Positions 60,548 to 64,000 of a DNA stretch of 64,000 bases are shown here, piece by piece. Origin of the DNA: the human T2T-CHM13v2.0 reference genome, Homo sapiens; the NCBI RefSeq assembly GCF_009914755.1, contig NC_060926.1. The stretch is one strand, 5' to 3'. The first letter of the stretch is position 1; every line of letters starts with the position of its first letter. The translations under genes were made by a program, and so were the position numbers. The notes beneath the pieces are model-generated. The model was not told the origin of the DNA, made no database searches, and saw only the letters and a list, made by a program, of their open reading frames with translations.

Positions 60548-62087
60548 AGTTTTTCTTTCTTAGTGAATAAAGCAAAAATCAGCATGAGGCTGGTGAAACA
60601 GACAGTTCTGCAGAATGAGAGAAGAACAATGTCCTGAAGCATTTAGAAAGAAGGACTTTGTTCTTCCAGTGCTTATAGAACAAAAAATATTAGAAAATAT
60701 CTGCTTTTGCTCCCCCTATGGTGCAGCAGGGTATTATGATGGCAAGAGGGCAGGAAAATAAGAGTGAGAAAAGAAAGGGAGAAGCTAAATTAATATTTGA
60801 GTCAGAAATAGTAAATAGTCATAGCACTAAAGAAAATTGAATCCATGATGAACAGTGAATACTGAACTACTTTTCAGAATCCTGTGGGTTCTCATGAGTC
60901 CACAAAGCGAAGATGGAGGGAAGTTCCCCCACTTTTTGTTCATTATCCAGATCAGAACTGCTTTCATCAATGTTATATATTGTGCTTTAAAAGCTTTCTT
61001 TTAAAGGATTCTCTGCAGCTTAAATAAGTTAGGATGAACAAAAAGCACCAGAGCAAAAGATAAAAAGCACCCTCCGACAAATATAGTAAGAGAAAAGGTG
61101 CAGATCAAAAAGGCTGATTACAGAGATTTATCCTTTGACTAATAGATGTTCCCAATAAACAATAACTCGTTTTAATAGAAGAAACATGGTTGATCTAAAA
61201 AATTTTAAAAGTCACAAGACTGAAGATCCTCTTCTACACATTTTAAATGCCATCTGGAATGGAGCAATGTCTGTAGTTTTGTAGCCCAAGATTCCTCTAC
61301 TCATCCAAATTGTAAAGGTAACAGGCATTCTGTGATATACAATGTACTGCTCATTTGCCCTTTCTGGAAAAAAATTAATCACCACACTCCCAAAATGAAT
61401 CAAAATTAAGAATAAAAGAAGAAGGAAAGAAAGGCCAGTCGGTGAGTATTGAAATCATCACTGAAACTATTAGAATAATGAAGGTAATTGTAAATTTCAT
61501 TTTTAAAAAAAAGTTTTATTATATGACTTATCTATTCCGAAATTTTTCAGTGGGATTTATAACCCTAGGTTAAGTTAATGAAGGCCAAGAAGGAATGGCA
61601 GTTTATTTTTTGGGGGGGATGGAGGTGGGTGAGGGGTAAAATCCTTCTCTTTTGTAAAGAAATATTAAAATTCATTCTTTTTTTACTTTGATAATTAAAT
61701 GTAAGATTAAGAATCTTTTGAAGTCTGTTAAGGTGCTTAATAATAAAATTAATAACAGAATGTCTCCTCTTCAAATTATTGAACAATACAAAAGTGAAAT
61801 TGTGTGTATGACAAAAGTAAAAAAAAAAAAAAAGCACGTAAGACCAAAACTGTTTAAACTTTAAATTCTAAAAACAAAATGAAATTATTTCCTTCGTTCA
61901 AGAGACTTACCTTTAAATCCAATTCTGTCACACACACTTAACACAAAAAGTATCTCAGAGTACAATTTAAGGAGAAGTTATAAGGCTAAATAACAGAAGC
62001 ATAGTCACTGACAAAATTACAATTAGTAAAAACAACAGACCCTGACACACGCGGGCTCATATAGGATTAAATTGTGAAATTACAAAG

Positions 62088-62185
62088 TACTTTATATATA
62101 CTTGATATATAAAATATATATTTTATATAATATATTTTTATATATTTTAATAATATATATTATATATATACTTTTATATATTACA
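62088..62185. repeat. AT-rich low-complexity tract
   Basis: Degenerate (TA)n. Confidence 0.8.
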
Positions 62186-62739
62186 ATGTGAAAGTAAAAA
62201 GTACACTTTACAATAGTGTAGGGATTGTGATGGAAACCTTAACATGTTCTGTGAACCATTACAACACAAATCAAATATGGAGAGAAATTATCCACAAGAA
62301 ATGAAAAATAAAACAAAATTAATATGTATAGGAAAAAAATATATATCTTTTCTCAAATGGTAGTTTACAAATTGATCAGAAAGCAATGCCGAATGACAAA
62401 AGCAGCATAGAGGACCCAGAAAGATCTGTTAGCTTTCTGCACATTAGCTGATTTACAGTATTTATTAGCAGGATAAACGAAACACCTCCAACATGTTCTT
62501 TCCAGCCTCTCTGTTTGAAATACTTTGGTCTGATTGCAAGGACACCTCTTACTCTCTTCTACCCTAAGCTTAGATCCTATAGGCCGCCTTGGATTCCTGG
62601 AGGAATGAAATGGTTCTGACATTCAGTGCTCACCTGCTGTACGTTACTTCAGCATCTGAATGGCCTGTAATAACGGAAAGCAATCCTTAGAGCCTGACAG
62701 TTTCCCTGCAGTGCATTTTAAAGGGCAAAAGTTATACGT

Positions 62740-63560
62740 GGTAATAAAACTTAAAAATTTTAATAATTAAATCACAATCATGTGAAAAATAATTTAGAAG
62801 CCTCCTAAACGGTTGTTTTGTCAAAAAGATCCAGTAAAATTGAGTGAAAACAAAATGGCAAATAAAAATTAGAGGATGTGTTTAAAGCTATGCTGAAAGG
62901 AAAACTGATAGTCACTATTATTTAGAACATGAAAATGAATGAATTAGACATGTAACACAAGGGAAAAAAGTAACAATATGGATAAGACTAGAAATAAATC
63001 AGAGGAAAGCAAATAGGCAACCTCCTGGCAAATGCATTTTCTAAAAAAATCAAAATCAGAAATAATAAAGTTAATGAAAAACAGATTATTAAAAAATAAA
63101 TGTCATCCTTAATTGTTTTAATTTAAATATTTGCTATGAAATATTCAGTACACGAGTTTAGAAAACCCACTCAAGAATTACAAAATTCAAACAGGTCGAT
63201 AACCAAAGAAAAAAATTAATGTAGTAACCAATGAATTGTATCTCCTCAAATGAGTCCTGATCACTCTATGCATTCTCCCAAACTTTTAAGAAGCACGTTA
63301 TTCCTATGTTATATAAATTTTCTCTGGCAGACAGAAAAAGGTGAGTGTACACCACATTAAATTTTGTGCAGTTACTGTTACCCTGACACCAAAACATTGA
63401 AAAGACAAAAATCAAAGCTATAAATTGTTCTTTAACCTATGAATATGGATGCAAGCAAACCTAAATAAAATATTAGTAGTACAAATTATGTGTTCAAAGA
63501 ACAACATACCATTGCTAAGTAGGGTTTATCCTTTGATGAAAGAGCAGTTCCCATTGGGGG
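62740..63560 (+). mobile_element. Highly decayed L1 ORF2 fragment
   Basis: A-rich; aaagctatgctgaaaggaaaactgatag, gttaccctgacaccaaaac, atggatgcaa..aaacctaaataaaatattag. Confidence 0.55.
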
Positions 63561-63581
63561 GAAAAAACCGTTAATACACAT

Positions 63582-63633
63582 TTTTTTTTCGGGGACAGGG
63601 TCTCACTTTGTTGCCCAGGCTGCTCTTGAACTC
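63582..63633 (-). mobile_element. Short 5'-truncated Alu monomer (FLAM-like)
   Basis: gacagggtctcactttgttgcccaggctg.tcttgaactc flanked by TSD taatacacat. Confidence 0.8.
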
Positions 63634-64000
63634 TAATACACATCTCAATAGATCCACAATGAGATCTGTTTGCCCAAATTGGTTACTTGTCCATTCTTAT
63701 GATCATATGAATGTCATGGACTCTTTGGATTATTCATGATTAGTCTGAAACAATCACTAGCTGGAAGGATGGGACTAGCCTGAGTTGTTTAAATGAATCA
63801 GTGTCTAGCCTTGTTCCCAACTGCATGACTGCAATATAATGGGGAAGGTATGGAAAACATGTTGGTAAGGCAAACACAATGTCTAAAACTGCTTCTTAGC
63901 TAGATTTATTGCCAGGCACTGGGTGAGTGGCTTTACATGTATCTCAAAACTCTATGGTGTAAGTACTATTTTTCCTATTTTATCAACAGGAAGCTGAAGT

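Overview
Primate (human-like, Alu/L1/MaLR-rich) genomic DNA that I recognise as the PDE11A 5' end / CYCTP / RBM45 locus. Plus strand: the complete RBM45 gene, with a CpG-island promoter at ~35.1 kb, nine coding exons (35305-48924, 1425 nt = 474 aa plus stop using canonical splice sites) and a non-coding last exon ending after AATAAA at 52380. Minus strand: the remnant of the intron-containing testis cytochrome c gene. Its first coding exon (27060-27234) carries a TGA at codon 39 but encodes the 54-aa N-terminus of PDE11A3 in the +1 frame. Its last exon (15226-15720) is split by an Alu with an 18-bp target-site duplication (TSD). Also present: a 5'-truncated PRDX5 retrocopy, a full-length THE1/MST retroelement, a 117-bp fold-back palindrome, local templated duplications and many ordinary repeats. 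Gene and repeat names come from recall of the sequences, not from database searches. Most ORFs in the supplied track are repeat-derived noise.
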